DNA of 64,000 nt from Chlamydiales bacterium (GTDB lineage: Bacteria > Chlamydiota > Chlamydiia > Chlamydiales > JAAZZY01): assembly GCA_965206695.1 (NCBI GenBank), contig CBDBKM010000008.1, positions 64,001-128,000 on the forward strand, in the 5' to 3' direction. Positions 42,079-52,317 of the stretch are shown piece by piece. Position numbers and translations under genes: made by a program. Within the stretch, counting starts at the first letter, position 1, and each line of letters opens with the position of its first letter. The notes beneath the pieces were generated by a model. That model made no database searches. It saw only the letters and a program-made list of their open reading frames with translations, and was not told the origin of the DNA.

Positions 42079-42118
42079 TGATAAAGAGGAAACCAAGGGA
42101 TCTGAAAGAAAAGAGCAT

Positions 42119-42655
42119 ATGGCAAAACCTGTTTACCCTTTGATACAAGTACTGGAAATTAAAAAAAAACGTGTTGATGATGCAGAGAAGGTTGTAAAAG
42201 AAAAAACACGGATTCTAGAAAAAGAAAACGAAATTTTAGCTAAAGTACAAGCAAAAAGAGATGCTGTAGCAAAACATTATGATGATAAATTAGCTCAGCT
42301 AAGAGACGGTTTAGATGAAGGGGTATCGACTATTAAAATTCAACAGATGAAAACCTATTTGAAAGTTGTTAAAGAAGATTTAATAAGAGAAGATAAAAAA
42401 GTAGAGGCCCAGACAGCGCAAGTAGAGCTTGCTGAGAAAAACCTTGAAGCAGCCAAGCAGATTTTACGTGATAGACGGCAAGAAGTCGATAAACTCAATA
42501 TGCATCAAGAAGAATGGGAAAAAAAGATGCTTAAAGAATTGAAAAAAAAAGAAGCAAAGACGCAAGATGAAATTGGTTCGACTATGTATTTGAGTAATAA
42601 GAAAAAAAATAAGGAACTGCAAGATAAGAGTTCTAAAAAGAAAAAAATAACTTAG
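42119..42655 (+). CDS. cdsO: T3SS stalk protein CdsO
   Basis: YPLIQVLEIKKKRVDDAEK coiled coil; ATG 42119 chosen to avoid overlap with cdsN. Confidence 0.87.
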   Translation: MAKPVYPLIQVLEIKKKRVDDAEKVVKEKTRILEKENEILAKVQAKRDAVAKHYDDKLAQLRDGLDEGVSTIKIQQMKTYLKVVKEDLIREDKKVEAQTAQVELAEKNLEAAKQILRDRRQEVDKLNMHQEEWEKKMLKELKKKEAKTQDEIGSTMYLSNKKKNKELQDKSSKKKKIT

Positions 42656-42673
42656 AAGATTATTAGAGGCATT

Positions 42674-44143
42674 ATGTATCCCGGACCTATATCACCATTA
42701 AATAGTTCGAATATTCCGGACGATAACGATAGAAATAAGAGAAAAAAGAGAAAACGCTCAGATACGAGTGATTTTGAGCGTCGCTTAAAGGCAGAAAAAA
42801 GTAAGGAAGAGCAAGTTAAGAATGAGATTGCAAAAGTAGATTCAACTAGTGCCGGTGGTAAAGAATTTGAAGAGAGAAAAGAACAATTAGCAAGACATCA
42901 CCAACGTCTTAGTGCAATAGAAAATGAAATAGCACGTGCTTTGAATCAGGCTAAACAACCATCTACATCAGAAAACAGCAGTGGTCATAAATTTCAGGAA
43001 GCATCTCAAGAATTAGCAATAAAATTAACCAAATTAAGAGAAGAAAAAGAAAAATTACAAAATCAAATTAATGAGCTGTCCGGACAGGGGGTAGGAAGTC
43101 AAAGATCTCAAGAGATATCCGGTACTAAAGAAGATGATACTTTGTCTGTTCAGAATGAAATAAAGCGATTTGATGATGTGGGAGGTGCTTCTAAAACTCC
43201 GTTAAAAGGGCCTTTAGATGTCTATGCTGATAAAGAAAAAGAGATGAATGTTGCTACAGAGAAAAATAAACTCAGCGGAGTAGCAGATACAGATACTGCT
43301 AACTCCAAAACAGAGGCTGAAACTAATAAGACTTATGATAACCGGTCAGTTGATGATAAATCTCAAGGAATCGCAACATCTTCTCAACAACAACCGGATT
43401 CTAAGGAGCCGGGTCAAGCAGGGCAAGCTAACAGGGAAGCACAGGAACCAACTAAAGCCGCTACTACAACTGATGTTGAGCAAGCCGGATTTCCTGCCTC
43501 TTCTGTTAACTCAGAACAAAAATCGAGTCTTGCCGGTAATAAACAGGCTGTGGGTGCTGAGGATAAAACAGTAGCAGGGGCTAAAGGGACATCGGAAGAG
43601 ACGGTTCATAGTAAGCAGGCTCAAGAAACTGATCTTAATGTTGAGAAAGGCAAAGATAAAGCCTTAGAGACAAAAAAAACGGTGGTTTCGGGAGAACAAG
43701 TGGAGACTAAAGAGAAAAAAACTGATCAAGCTTCAATGTCTCAAGCTATCGCGGCAGGAGCAGGAAGCATGGCGGCATCATCAGCTGATGTTGAAGGCTT
43801 AAAAGGTGCTTATGGCGCTCAAATAACCGACTTAGCAACGAATTATCAAACTGAAGCTCTAACTAGTGCTAATAAAGAATCACAGATGAGTCTAACATTT
43901 AATGCACCGAATACTCCCTTGCATAATGTAACGGTGACAATGACAACAGAAGCGTTGAATCCTTTTCAAATGAATTTAACTTTTAGTAACCTAACTCCCC
44001 GGGCCAGGACATTTCTTATAGAAAACAGAGATATGTTTCCTAAGATGTTAGGGGCTCGTTCTATAACTGTTCATCAGGTTAAAATGGAACCTGATACTGA
44101 AATTTATAACAGAACAGTTGCAAGAGAAGACGAAGCGGGTTAG
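42674..44143 (+). CDS. cdsP: T3SS needle-length ruler-like protein CdsP
   Basis: Long low-complexity hydrophilic body with a compact C-terminal domain; position between cdsO and cdsQ. Confidence 0.6.
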   Translation: MYPGPISPLNSSNIPDDNDRNKRKKRKRSDTSDFERRLKAEKSKEEQVKNEIAKVDSTSAGGKEFEERKEQLARHHQRLSAIENEIARALNQAKQPSTSENSSGHKFQEASQELAIKLTKLREEKEKLQNQINELSGQGVGSQRSQEISGTKEDDTLSVQNEIKRFDDVGGASKTPLKGPLDVYADKEKEMNVATEKNKLSGVADTDTANSKTEAETNKTYDNRSVDDKSQGIATSSQQQPDSKEPGQAGQANREAQEPTKAATTTDVEQAGFPASSVNSEQKSSLAGNKQAVGAEDKTVAGAKGTSEETVHSKQAQETDLNVEKGKDKALETKKTVVSGEQVETKEKKTDQASMSQAIAAGAGSMAASSADVEGLKGAYGAQITDLATNYQTEALTSANKESQMSLTFNAPNTPLHNVTVTMTTEALNPFQMNLTFSNLTPRARTFLIENRDMFPKMLGARSITVHQVKMEPDTEIYNRTVAREDEAG

Positions 44144-44161
44144 TAAATAGAAATATTACCA

Positions 44162-45403
44162 TTGAAAGCTGGAAAAGATATTGTGACGACTAAACAACAC
44201 TACGATTGGCTTAATTACATTGAGAAGATTATCATCGAACAAGACGGTATTCCTTTGCTCGGTAATACACCATCTTTTCCATTAGGAGAATTTGCTATAA
44301 AATTAAGGCAGCGTTTTCATATTGAAGAATTACAAGTAAATGCTGAAGCCATTAGATGGCGTTCTATTGATGAGTTATGGTCAGGTTTAGGAGAAGATAT
44401 CAGCTATGTTAATTTTATCATCTCCCCTATAGAAGGAAAATTAACTCTGGCGATAGCAGCAGAAGATCTCAATAGAGTGTCTGCCTGGATGTTAAGCAAA
44501 CAACAAAAACCCATTCATTTAGATCAGCCTTCTTTAAGAGAAGGCTTGAGTAAATTCTTAGCAGCGGAATGTTTTAGTCTAATTGATTCCTTAGGCTTTT
44601 TGGAAGAATTATCGCCTCGGTTATGTTCAGATAATAGACGAATAAGTGAGCCTTCTTTAGGCATGGATATTACTTTGCAAGCTTATGATCAAACGGCTAG
44701 CTGTCGGTTAATTATTTCCCCTGCTTTTCGACAAGCATGGGTACAACACTTTAAGCAAAAACCGGCAGTTTTTTCAGAAGAATTAAAAGACGGCTTAGAA
44801 ATTATCACTCATTTGGAGGTAGGCAAGATTGATCTGACACTCGCTCAATGGGCAGATGTGACAGAAGGCGACTTTGTTCCTTTAGATACACATTTTTATG
44901 ATCCCATCCTTAAGAAAGGACGCCCGGTTCTTACTGTAGGAGGAAAACCTATCATGCGAGCCCAGGTTAAACCCGGAGCAGTGAAGCTTGTTGAATACCC
45001 TTTTTATTATGAGGAAGAAAATGTCATGGAAAATAATGAAAATAATGAAGAAGGCTTTTCAGAAGAAGAAGAATTAAAAGATGAGCTTTTTGAGGATATA
45101 TCTGAAGAAGAAAAAGAGAATGATGAACAACAAGAAGGAGAAGGTCTAATACAGGACCTGGCCGTAGAGGAAGACAGACAGCTGATTTCTCCTGATGAGA
45201 TTTCTTTGACAATTTCAGTGGAAGTTAAAAGGATTCGAATGTCAGCCAGGAAATTATTAGAGTTACGTCCCGGCAACCTATTAGAATTGGATGTGCATCC
45301 CGATAGTCCCATATCGTTAGTTACCAATGGTAAATCAATTGCTAGAGGGGAGCTTATTCGAGTAGGAGAAGTCTTAGGTGTTCGTATTTTAGAAATTGGT
45401 TAG
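44162..45403 (+). CDS. cdsQ: T3SS cytoplasmic ring protein CdsQ
   Basis: C-terminal SPOA domain (LLELRPGNLLEL...ARGELIRVGEVLGVRILEIG); start may be GTG 44183. Confidence 0.93.
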   Translation: MKAGKDIVTTKQHYDWLNYIEKIIIEQDGIPLLGNTPSFPLGEFAIKLRQRFHIEELQVNAEAIRWRSIDELWSGLGEDISYVNFIISPIEGKLTLAIAAEDLNRVSAWMLSKQQKPIHLDQPSLREGLSKFLAAECFSLIDSLGFLEELSPRLCSDNRRISEPSLGMDITLQAYDQTASCRLIISPAFRQAWVQHFKQKPAVFSEELKDGLEIITHLEVGKIDLTLAQWADVTEGDFVPLDTHFYDPILKKGRPVLTVGGKPIMRAQVKPGAVKLVEYPFYYEEENVMENNENNEEGFSEEEELKDELFEDISEEEKENDEQQEGEGLIQDLAVEEDRQLISPDEISLTISVEVKRIRMSARKLLELRPGNLLELDVHPDSPISLVTNGKSIARGELIRVGEVLGVRILEIG

Positions 45404-45520
45404 GTAATCCTATTAAAGAAATTGGTTAGGTAATCCTATTAAAGAAATTGGTTAGGTAATCCTATTAAAGAAATTGGTTAGGTAATCCTATTAAAGAAAT
45501 TGGTTAGGTAATCCTATTAA
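45391..45520 (+). repeat. Perfect tandem repeat, 5 x 26 bp
   Basis: Unit agaaattggttaggtaatcctattaa, five identical contiguous copies starting inside the cdsQ 3' end. Confidence 0.97.
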
Positions 45521-45589
45521 ATATCTCTCCCATTCTAACAAGAGTCATTCGATAGAAATATAATTAAAAATTCTACTTGAGCTAAAGCT

Positions 45590-47185
45590 ATGACGGAGGA
45601 CCAGTTTCACAAAGCGCTAACCGAACCGGCTGTGATGCTTAATAAAGATAGGCAAAATCCTATTACTAATATTCCTGAGTCAATTGGCCCCTATAAAGTG
45701 GAGAGCCTTTTTGATCGAGGAGGGATGAGTTTACTTTATTTAGGAACTCATCCGATCACTAAAGAACCGTTAGTTATAAAAGTTTTGTCCCAAAAATTTC
45801 TCTTTTATCCTGAAATAGTCAGTCGCTTTCTTAAAGAGGCGGAAATCATAGAGATGGCGAAACATCCTAATATCGTCAAACTCTATGGTCATGGACGATG
45901 GGAAGGTGGACTCTATATTTCTATGGAGTTTATTCAGGGAATTTCTCTAAGGCAATTGATTCTTCAGAATTCCATTTCAATTAAGCGATCGTTAGAAATT
46001 ATCCTTGAGACAGCTCAGGCTCTTGGTCATTTACATACACATGGGGTTATACATCGAGATTTAAAACCGGAAAATATTCTTCTTACAGAAGAAGGCGGAA
46101 TCAAAGTTATTGATTTTGGAATAGCGCAATTACAAATGGATTCTAATGGACACAGACTAACACAACATCAACGTTTGATGGGAACTCCAACTTATATGAG
46201 TCCCGAGCAAAAGGAGAACCCTCAAACAGTTTCGTATCAATCAGATATTTATTCTCTTGCAATTATCACCTACGAATTAATTTTAGGTAAATTATCTCAT
46301 GGTGTTATTCAGCTTTCATTAATGCCAAATGGGTTGAAACAAATTCTTGAAAAAGCTTTAAGACTAGATATTAGTGAGCGTTATCAAAATATAAATGAAT
46401 TTGTGACGGCCATTTCATCTTATTTAAATGAAGAGGGAAATAGTAGCGAATCAGCATTGTCGGGAATGCCTGATTTCATTCAAAATGCCACAAGCTTTCT
46501 TTTGCCGTTAAAATACCCTCATTGGAAAGCAGTTGAATTAAATATCATTCCTTATAATCCGGCTACCGTGTCCGGTAATTTTTATGAGTTCATAACATTT
46601 AAAAATAATACCTTAGGTATTATTTTTGCTTGGCCAAATAACAAGGAGGCTGAAGGACTTTTATTAAGCGTTTCCTTTCAAGGAATGATACGAGCCCTAG
46701 CCTTTCATTTTCACTCCTTTCAAGAAGAGAATACGAGTCAGGCTCAAGATTTTTTAAGTGATTTGAATCAACTGCTTATGCAGCATTTCCCATCAGAATT
46801 ATTTACGGTTTCTCTTCTTTTACTTCATCCAACTTTAGATCAATTACAATATATTACTTGTGGCAAAGGGGTTCTTTGGCTTATTCCAAATGAGGCTAAT
46901 CAATTAAGAAAGTTAGAAGCTTTAAATCCTTTTTTAGGGTCATCAAGAACAACGGATTTTTTTGAAGCTACTCATAATTGGAATATAGGGGATTCCCTGG
47001 TTTTAATTGCCTATAGTGAAGAAAAAAAGATAGAAGATAAATATTTCGAGCAGGCTATTAATGATGTTTTACTTATTCCGCCCAAAAGACAGCCGGAACT
47101 GATTTTACACAAATTGAACTTACAAACTACATCAAAAAATAAAGATAGAATTCTAACTTTGATGAGCTTACAGAGAAAGGGTTAA
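45590..47185 (+). CDS. pkn5: Ser/Thr protein kinase Pkn5-like with degenerate SpoIIE/PP2C-like C-domain
   Basis: VIK, HRDLKPEN, DFG and GTPTYMSPEQ; position between cdsQ and cdsC. Confidence 0.88.
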   Translation: MTEDQFHKALTEPAVMLNKDRQNPITNIPESIGPYKVESLFDRGGMSLLYLGTHPITKEPLVIKVLSQKFLFYPEIVSRFLKEAEIIEMAKHPNIVKLYGHGRWEGGLYISMEFIQGISLRQLILQNSISIKRSLEIILETAQALGHLHTHGVIHRDLKPENILLTEEGGIKVIDFGIAQLQMDSNGHRLTQHQRLMGTPTYMSPEQKENPQTVSYQSDIYSLAIITYELILGKLSHGVIQLSLMPNGLKQILEKALRLDISERYQNINEFVTAISSYLNEEGNSSESALSGMPDFIQNATSFLLPLKYPHWKAVELNIIPYNPATVSGNFYEFITFKNNTLGIIFAWPNNKEAEGLLLSVSFQGMIRALAFHFHSFQEENTSQAQDFLSDLNQLLMQHFPSELFTVSLLLLHPTLDQLQYITCGKGVLWLIPNEANQLRKLEALNPFLGSSRTTDFFEATHNWNIGDSLVLIAYSEEKKIEDKYFEQAINDVLLIPPKRQPELILHKLNLQTTSKNKDRILTLMSLQRKG

Positions 47186-47358
47186 CAATAAAAAATTTGA
47201 AGAAAAAACATGAAAAAGTTTTGTTCTAATATATTGTTTTTTTCTGTACCTTTAAATATACTCTCTCTGTATCAAACAATGACTATTGTTTTAGTCCATT
47301 TTACGACACGATGAAGAAGAAAAGGGGCTTAGTTTTAATTAAGATGCACATATAATAA

Positions 47359-49722
47359 ATGATCGACATGTTGAACAAGCAATCGGCGATATCCATCTTT
47401 GTATTTTTGGCTTTCATTACTAACCTAAGTAGTCACTTGCTTTTAGCTGATGAAAAAGATAATCTTCTTGCAACTTTTTCTCAAGTTGACGAAAAGAGTG
47501 GAAATGAGTCTGAGTATTATCCTGAAGTTGCTGTGGAAGTCTTTTTTGCGGGAGCTAATGCTGAAATGGCTCAAAATCAGCCGTCAAGTTCTTTTGAAAA
47601 TCCATATATTCCTGTAGGGTATAGACAATCGCTGCCTCAAAGAAATCCTAATATTCAAAAAAAGCCATCAGACGCTTCTCATGCTGTTCCTCAAAGTCAG
47701 AGAAAAGAACAAGCTGATGCTTTAGAAAAAGCAAACCGTTCCTTAGTGCAATCTAAAGCGCAATCAGGACCTTGTTCTAAAGACCCTCTTCAAGAAGGAT
47801 ATATTATCAATTTCAATGATGTGAGTGTCATTGAATATATTCGTTTTTTAAGTAAGGTTACGAATGCTAACTTCGTTTTTGAAGAGGCAGATCTTAATTT
47901 TAATGTTACAATAGTTGCTGAAGAACCGACTAGTATTGATGATATCCGATCAGCACTTTTGCAGGTTCTTCGTGTGAATGGACTTGCTTTAGCAGAAGAA
48001 GGCAATAATGTTATCATACATAGAAATCCTGAAGTCGCTACAGTAGCTAAAGTCATAAGTGATGAGTTAGATAATATTTGCGATGGTACCGAAGCTTTAA
48101 TTACGCGCGTTTTTAGACTCAAAAATATCAATCCTATGCGTCTGGCTACTATTATATCTCCAATGGTTTCAAAGGGTGCTATAGTAGAAGTTTCTCCTGA
48201 GACACACCATCTTGTTGTCACAGATGTCACGAGTAACGTTGAGAGGATAGGTGAATTACTTAAGAGCTTGGATAATCCCAATGCGGCCTTTGAAGTGGGG
48301 ACTTTCCAACCCAAACATACTTTTATTAACACATTAGTCCCATTAGCCGAGAAGATCTTATCTCCCATGCTAGAGGGGCAGCCGATGATTATGGTTCCTC
48401 AAGAGGCATCGGATACCATTTATATCGTATCTAGTCCTAGTTTAGTAGAGAGGGCAATAGATCTTTTAAAGATGCTGGATATAGGAAGCCACAGTCCTTT
48501 TGAATTACCGGACGGACATATCGAAAAAACACATTTTTACGTGTATAAATTACAGTTTCATAAAGGGGATACAATTAAAACGGCTTTGGAAGATATAGGT
48601 GCTGATCTTGCTAAGACCGGTGCTATGAATATGAACCTGATGTATACGATAAATAGCGCTCAATGGATAGAAGCGACTAACTCTTTATTATTCATAGGAG
48701 ATAAAGAGTCGTTAGAAAAAGTTAAAGAATTATTAGCCGCTTTAGATGCTCCTTTAAAGCAAGTGTTTATAGAAGCTTTGATTATCAAAACGACGATAAA
48801 TAACTCTATTAACTTTGGTGTTCAATATGGTGCAAGAGGTAGACGTTTTGATGATGTTTCCGGTACAGGATCTTTAATCACAACTTCCGATCCCAATTCA
48901 GGCAATGCGCAGATTCCTAATATTTTACACGCCTTAGCGACGACAACAGGAGGATCAGTTCCGGTTGCTGCTTTTGAAAATACGTTAGGCCTCAACACCG
49001 GTGTGATTGGTAATGCTATTAGTGCCGGTGGTAACCTGTTTTTTGATATAGCGGCTCTTGTCAGCGCTTTGCAAACGGATACAGATACCGATATCCTAAT
49101 GAATCCCAAAATAGTGACTCAAGATACCATTCCGGCTACCTTATTTGTAGGTTCTACCAGACCTTATCAGACTAATTCTATTCTTCAAGCCGGAGGATCG
49201 GGTAGCTCTAATAATTTTGTAACGGCAAGTATTGAATATAGAGAATTAGGGATGACATTGAATGTAACTCCTTATCTTGGCGATTCAGATATGATTACTA
49301 TGGAAATAGTACAAGAACTTAGTTCCTTCGATTCAAATGCAACCGCTTCTTCAGGCGGTGGTTCCGCCGGTAGTTCGAATTTTACTTTGGTGCCTATTAC
49401 AAGTAATTCGAAAACAGCTACAAGAGTCCATGTGCCGAATGAGCATTTCTTGATTTTAAGTGGTATGGTAGAAGAAGATGCTTCTAGAAGTAAGAGTGCT
49501 ATTCCTTGTCTTGGTGGTATTCCGATTTTAGGTAATTTCTTAGGTAGTAAAACGAATAGTATGAATAGAGATAATTTAATTATCTTCTTACGTCCTCATA
49601 TTATTAATACATCAGAACAAATCAAAAAAGTTACGGATCGTGAAGAAAAGTTTTTCAGCGAAAAGAGCAAAACGGATAGCTTTCTTGAAAATTCAGTAAA
49701 GCTATGGAATATGAAAAAATGA
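47359..49722 (+). CDS. cdsC: T3SS outer membrane secretin CdsC
   Basis: Signal peptide, INFNDVSVIEYIRFLSK N-domain, LDAPLKQVFIE and IPCLGGIPILG secretin motifs. Confidence 0.95.
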   Translation: MIDMLNKQSAISIFVFLAFITNLSSHLLLADEKDNLLATFSQVDEKSGNESEYYPEVAVEVFFAGANAEMAQNQPSSSFENPYIPVGYRQSLPQRNPNIQKKPSDASHAVPQSQRKEQADALEKANRSLVQSKAQSGPCSKDPLQEGYIINFNDVSVIEYIRFLSKVTNANFVFEEADLNFNVTIVAEEPTSIDDIRSALLQVLRVNGLALAEEGNNVIIHRNPEVATVAKVISDELDNICDGTEALITRVFRLKNINPMRLATIISPMVSKGAIVEVSPETHHLVVTDVTSNVERIGELLKSLDNPNAAFEVGTFQPKHTFINTLVPLAEKILSPMLEGQPMIMVPQEASDTIYIVSSPSLVERAIDLLKMLDIGSHSPFELPDGHIEKTHFYVYKLQFHKGDTIKTALEDIGADLAKTGAMNMNLMYTINSAQWIEATNSLLFIGDKESLEKVKELLAALDAPLKQVFIEALIIKTTINNSINFGVQYGARGRRFDDVSGTGSLITTSDPNSGNAQIPNILHALATTTGGSVPVAAFENTLGLNTGVIGNAISAGGNLFFDIAALVSALQTDTDTDILMNPKIVTQDTIPATLFVGSTRPYQTNSILQAGGSGSSNNFVTASIEYRELGMTLNVTPYLGDSDMITMEIVQELSSFDSNATASSGGGSAGSSNFTLVPITSNSKTATRVHVPNEHFLILSGMVEEDASRSKSAIPCLGGIPILGNFLGSKTNSMNRDNLIIFLRPHIINTSEQIKKVTDREEKFFSEKSKTDSFLENSVKLWNMKK

Positions 49723-50672
49723 TAAGGCCTTGTTTCCTTTTTATTGCTTTTTTCTCCCTTATACTGAGCTCTTGTTACCGGGTGCAAAGAACCATTGAGC
49801 CTGTCCTGGTAGCTCCTTCTGTTCCTTTAAACATAGCAACGACTCATTCTCCTTTTCCAATATTGAATGAGGGTGAGTATGCTCAGGATTGGACTAAAGA
49901 ATACCGTATAGGCATTGCGTTTGTTCGTGAAGGGGATTACTACCGCGCTATCACAACTTTTAAACGTGCTCTTGTTCTCTTGTCCGATGAAAATGAAAAC
50001 AGAAGAGATGAAATAGAATATGCCATTGTCTTAAGTTATTATTTAGCTCAGAAATATCCGGAAGTCATTCGCAGTTTTGAAAATGGACATCTAGTCTATG
50101 CCCATTCTAATTTTGTTGCTTATCATGATCTTTTAATCATTCTTTATGACAGTTATGAAAAAAATGATAAGCTTGATAGAGCAAATCAAATTAAACAAAT
50201 TATCGAACATACCTCGCCTGAAGAGGCTAAAGATTTATTTTTAGCGAGTGCTATTGCCGGCGGCAAGGCCGAAATGGTTGAAGAGCTGGGCTCTAAAATC
50301 GAGAATGGGGAATATATTCAAATTCTCATGCAAGGTTATAGTCGAAAAAAAAAATCAATAGAGAAAGCTCAAACCTTTAGTGCTCTATTACCCGGTAGTG
50401 GTTATGCATATATCGGCCAGCCCAAGTCTGCTATCACTTCCTTTTTATTGAATGGCCTTTTTATCACAGCAGCCACACAATTCTTTCTTAATCATTATTA
50501 TGCAGCAGGAGCCTTTACAACAGCTTTAGAGATTGGTTGGTATGTGGGAGGGATATATGGAGCAGGAGAAGGTGCAAGGCATTATAACAATGTGTTATAC
50601 AGCAAATATGGGCAAAAAATTATGTCTCAAGAAAAATGCTTTCCGATTGGGAAATTGAACTATGTCTTTTAA
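49704..50672 (+). CDS. TPR-containing putative lipoprotein
   Basis: Lipobox LSSC; GDYYRAITTFKRAL TPR-like segment; SALLPGSGYAY hydrophobic segment. Confidence 0.75.
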   Translation: MEYEKMIRPCFLFIAFFSLILSSCYRVQRTIEPVLVAPSVPLNIATTHSPFPILNEGEYAQDWTKEYRIGIAFVREGDYYRAITTFKRALVLLSDENENRRDEIEYAIVLSYYLAQKYPEVIRSFENGHLVYAHSNFVAYHDLLIILYDSYEKNDKLDRANQIKQIIEHTSPEEAKDLFLASAIAGGKAEMVEELGSKIENGEYIQILMQGYSRKKKSIEKAQTFSALLPGSGYAYIGQPKSAITSFLLNGLFITAATQFFLNHYYAAGAFTTALEIGWYVGGIYGAGEGARHYNNVLYSKYGQKIMSQEKCFPIGKLNYVF

Positions 50673-51036
50673 GTTTTTGTTTGTCCTTTTATACTTGAGC
50701 ACGACGCTTTTTTCCGATTTTGGCCCTTGGGGAATAGATGCTGATTTAGCATCTGAAAAAAAACCCATTGAACAGCCCCAAAAAATAACACCTGTCAATC
50801 GGGTAGGTATTCACCTCATTCATTTTTATCAGAATGTAATCTCTCCCGCTAATGGTCCTAAAAGTCACTACGCACCCTCCAGTTCACTTTATACCCTTCG
50901 AGCTATGCAGAAGTATGGGTTTATTAAAGGATGGATTATGGGCTGTGATAGGCTTATGCGAGAAAATGATGAAGAATGGTTTTATCTTACGATACCTGTG
51001 GGAAAATCCCATAAAATGAAATGGGATCCGCCTTAA
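50662..51036 (+). CDS. yidD: Membrane protein insertion efficiency factor YidD-like
   Basis: IHFYQNVISP...PSSSLYTLRAMQKYGFIKG...DRLMR and terminal WDPP. Confidence 0.7.
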   Translation: MSFKFLFVLLYLSTTLFSDFGPWGIDADLASEKKPIEQPQKITPVNRVGIHLIHFYQNVISPANGPKSHYAPSSSLYTLRAMQKYGFIKGWIMGCDRLMRENDEEWFYLTIPVGKSHKMKWDPP

Positions 51037-51075
51037 ACTTTCGGCAGGAAGATGAAGTAGAGGGTAAATCGCATA

Positions 51076-51385
51076 TTGACAGCTCCCAACCCTAAAGGGG
51101 AAGGGGTTCCTCATTCACAGACCACAGCTAACAAAAGAGTTAGTCTAACATGATCTCCAAAGGCTTAAATTACCGACTGCCCTTCGGTATATATTATAGG
51201 CTGCATTAAAATCTCTGTCATGCTTAATTTTACAATTTGAGCACTCCCAAGTTCTTATGTCGGGGGATATTTTCCCTTGTTTATGACTGCATGCAGAACA
51301 CTTTTGTGTACCGGGAAAATAGTGGTCTAATTCTACTATATTTCTCCCGTACCACTCGCTTTTATATTTTAAAAAAGTTAAAATC
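51076..51385 (-). mobile_element. tnpB: TnpB (IS200/IS605) C-terminal remnant with right end
   Basis: Minus strand FLKYKSEWYGRNIVELDHYFPGTQKCSACSHKQGKISPDIRTWECSNCKIKHDRDFNAAYNI (stop 51145-51147), then ...GAACCCCTTCCCCTTTAGGGTTGGGAGCTGTCAA. Confidence 0.88.
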
Positions 51386-51869
51386 TATCAGAGATATAGG
51401 GTTACATTTTGTTACCGGTTTGCGTAAAAATAGAAAAGTTAATCGAAATGTAAGTTTGGAAGATTTGGATATTCCGTATGAAGGGCTAAGCATTCACTTG
51501 CGTGGTTATGGTTTTATTACGGCTTTCAAGTTTGTGACCAAAAACGGTCGCATTGATTATGTGGTCACTAATATTAAAGAACCTAGTTGTCATGATGTTG
51601 AAAAAATCATGAAGATTCGTTGAAAAATAGAAGTTTATCATAGAGAATTGAAACAAACTTGTGGCCTTAAGCGCCGGCAGTCTCGTAACGCACGAGCGCA
51701 ACGAAATCATATTTTTATGTCTATTTATACTTGGTTACACAAATTTAAGCGAAGGAGGCGAGATAAAATCTCGTTTTATCAAGAAGATCGGGAAATGATA
51801 AAGCCCGCTATTATTTTAAATATGAATCATATTTTGGCTATATGTTAACGCTTACGCGCGAAACTCCTG
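51386..51869 (+). mobile_element. IS701-family transposase 3' remnant
   Basis: GLHFVTGLRKNRKV...IHLRGYG...R*KIEVYHRELKQTCG...AQRNHI with an internal stop; ends gcgaaactcctg. Confidence 0.8.
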
Positions 51870-52317
51870 TCTATATAGAACGGCTTATCTCGAAATATAA
51901 CTAAGTTTCTTTCATTCATATCAATCAAGTCTTTTTCGGTTATCAATCTTGTTTTGATTAAATCAGAGATCTGTTTCATTTGACCAATCGATTGCTTCAG
52001 AACCTAGAAAATCGGTTAATATGATTGGGGATATCTCCATTTTTCAAAGTTAAATATTTGGGCGATGTTGTTTACCTTTTAGTTCTCTATATCAATCTAC
52101 ATAGTCAGGTGCGTCTTTTCCATTCATGTTCTTTACATGTTTGAATTATTATAAGTTAGGCGGAATATTAAAATTAAATATAAATGTATGTGATTTAAAC
52201 TAGAATAGTTAACAAAAAAGTATATATATTCTTTTTAGGTCTTATCTATTTCATTAATCGGTTTGCTTTTAATGGTTTTTTTATTATAATTTTTAGTAAA
52301 ATAAATTTTGAAAAATT

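Noticed and set aside
42020..42118. Extended N-terminus of cdsO from the ORF track
   Set aside because: It overlaps the cdsN 3' end; ATG 42119 directly precedes the recognisable YPL motif.
45391..45520. 26-bp repeats as a CRISPR array
   Set aside because: Units are contiguous with no unique spacers, and no cas genes are present in the window.
47790..48368. 192-aa minus-strand ORF and the other short ORFs nested in uvrA, smc, cdsN, cdsQ, the SET gene and the helicase
   Set aside because: They are antisense or alternate-frame shadows of well-supported genes and show no motifs.
51237..51623. 128-aa plus-strand ORF as a real gene
   Set aside because: It is a chimera: the first part is antisense to the TnpB remnant and the rest is an IS701 transposase fragment.
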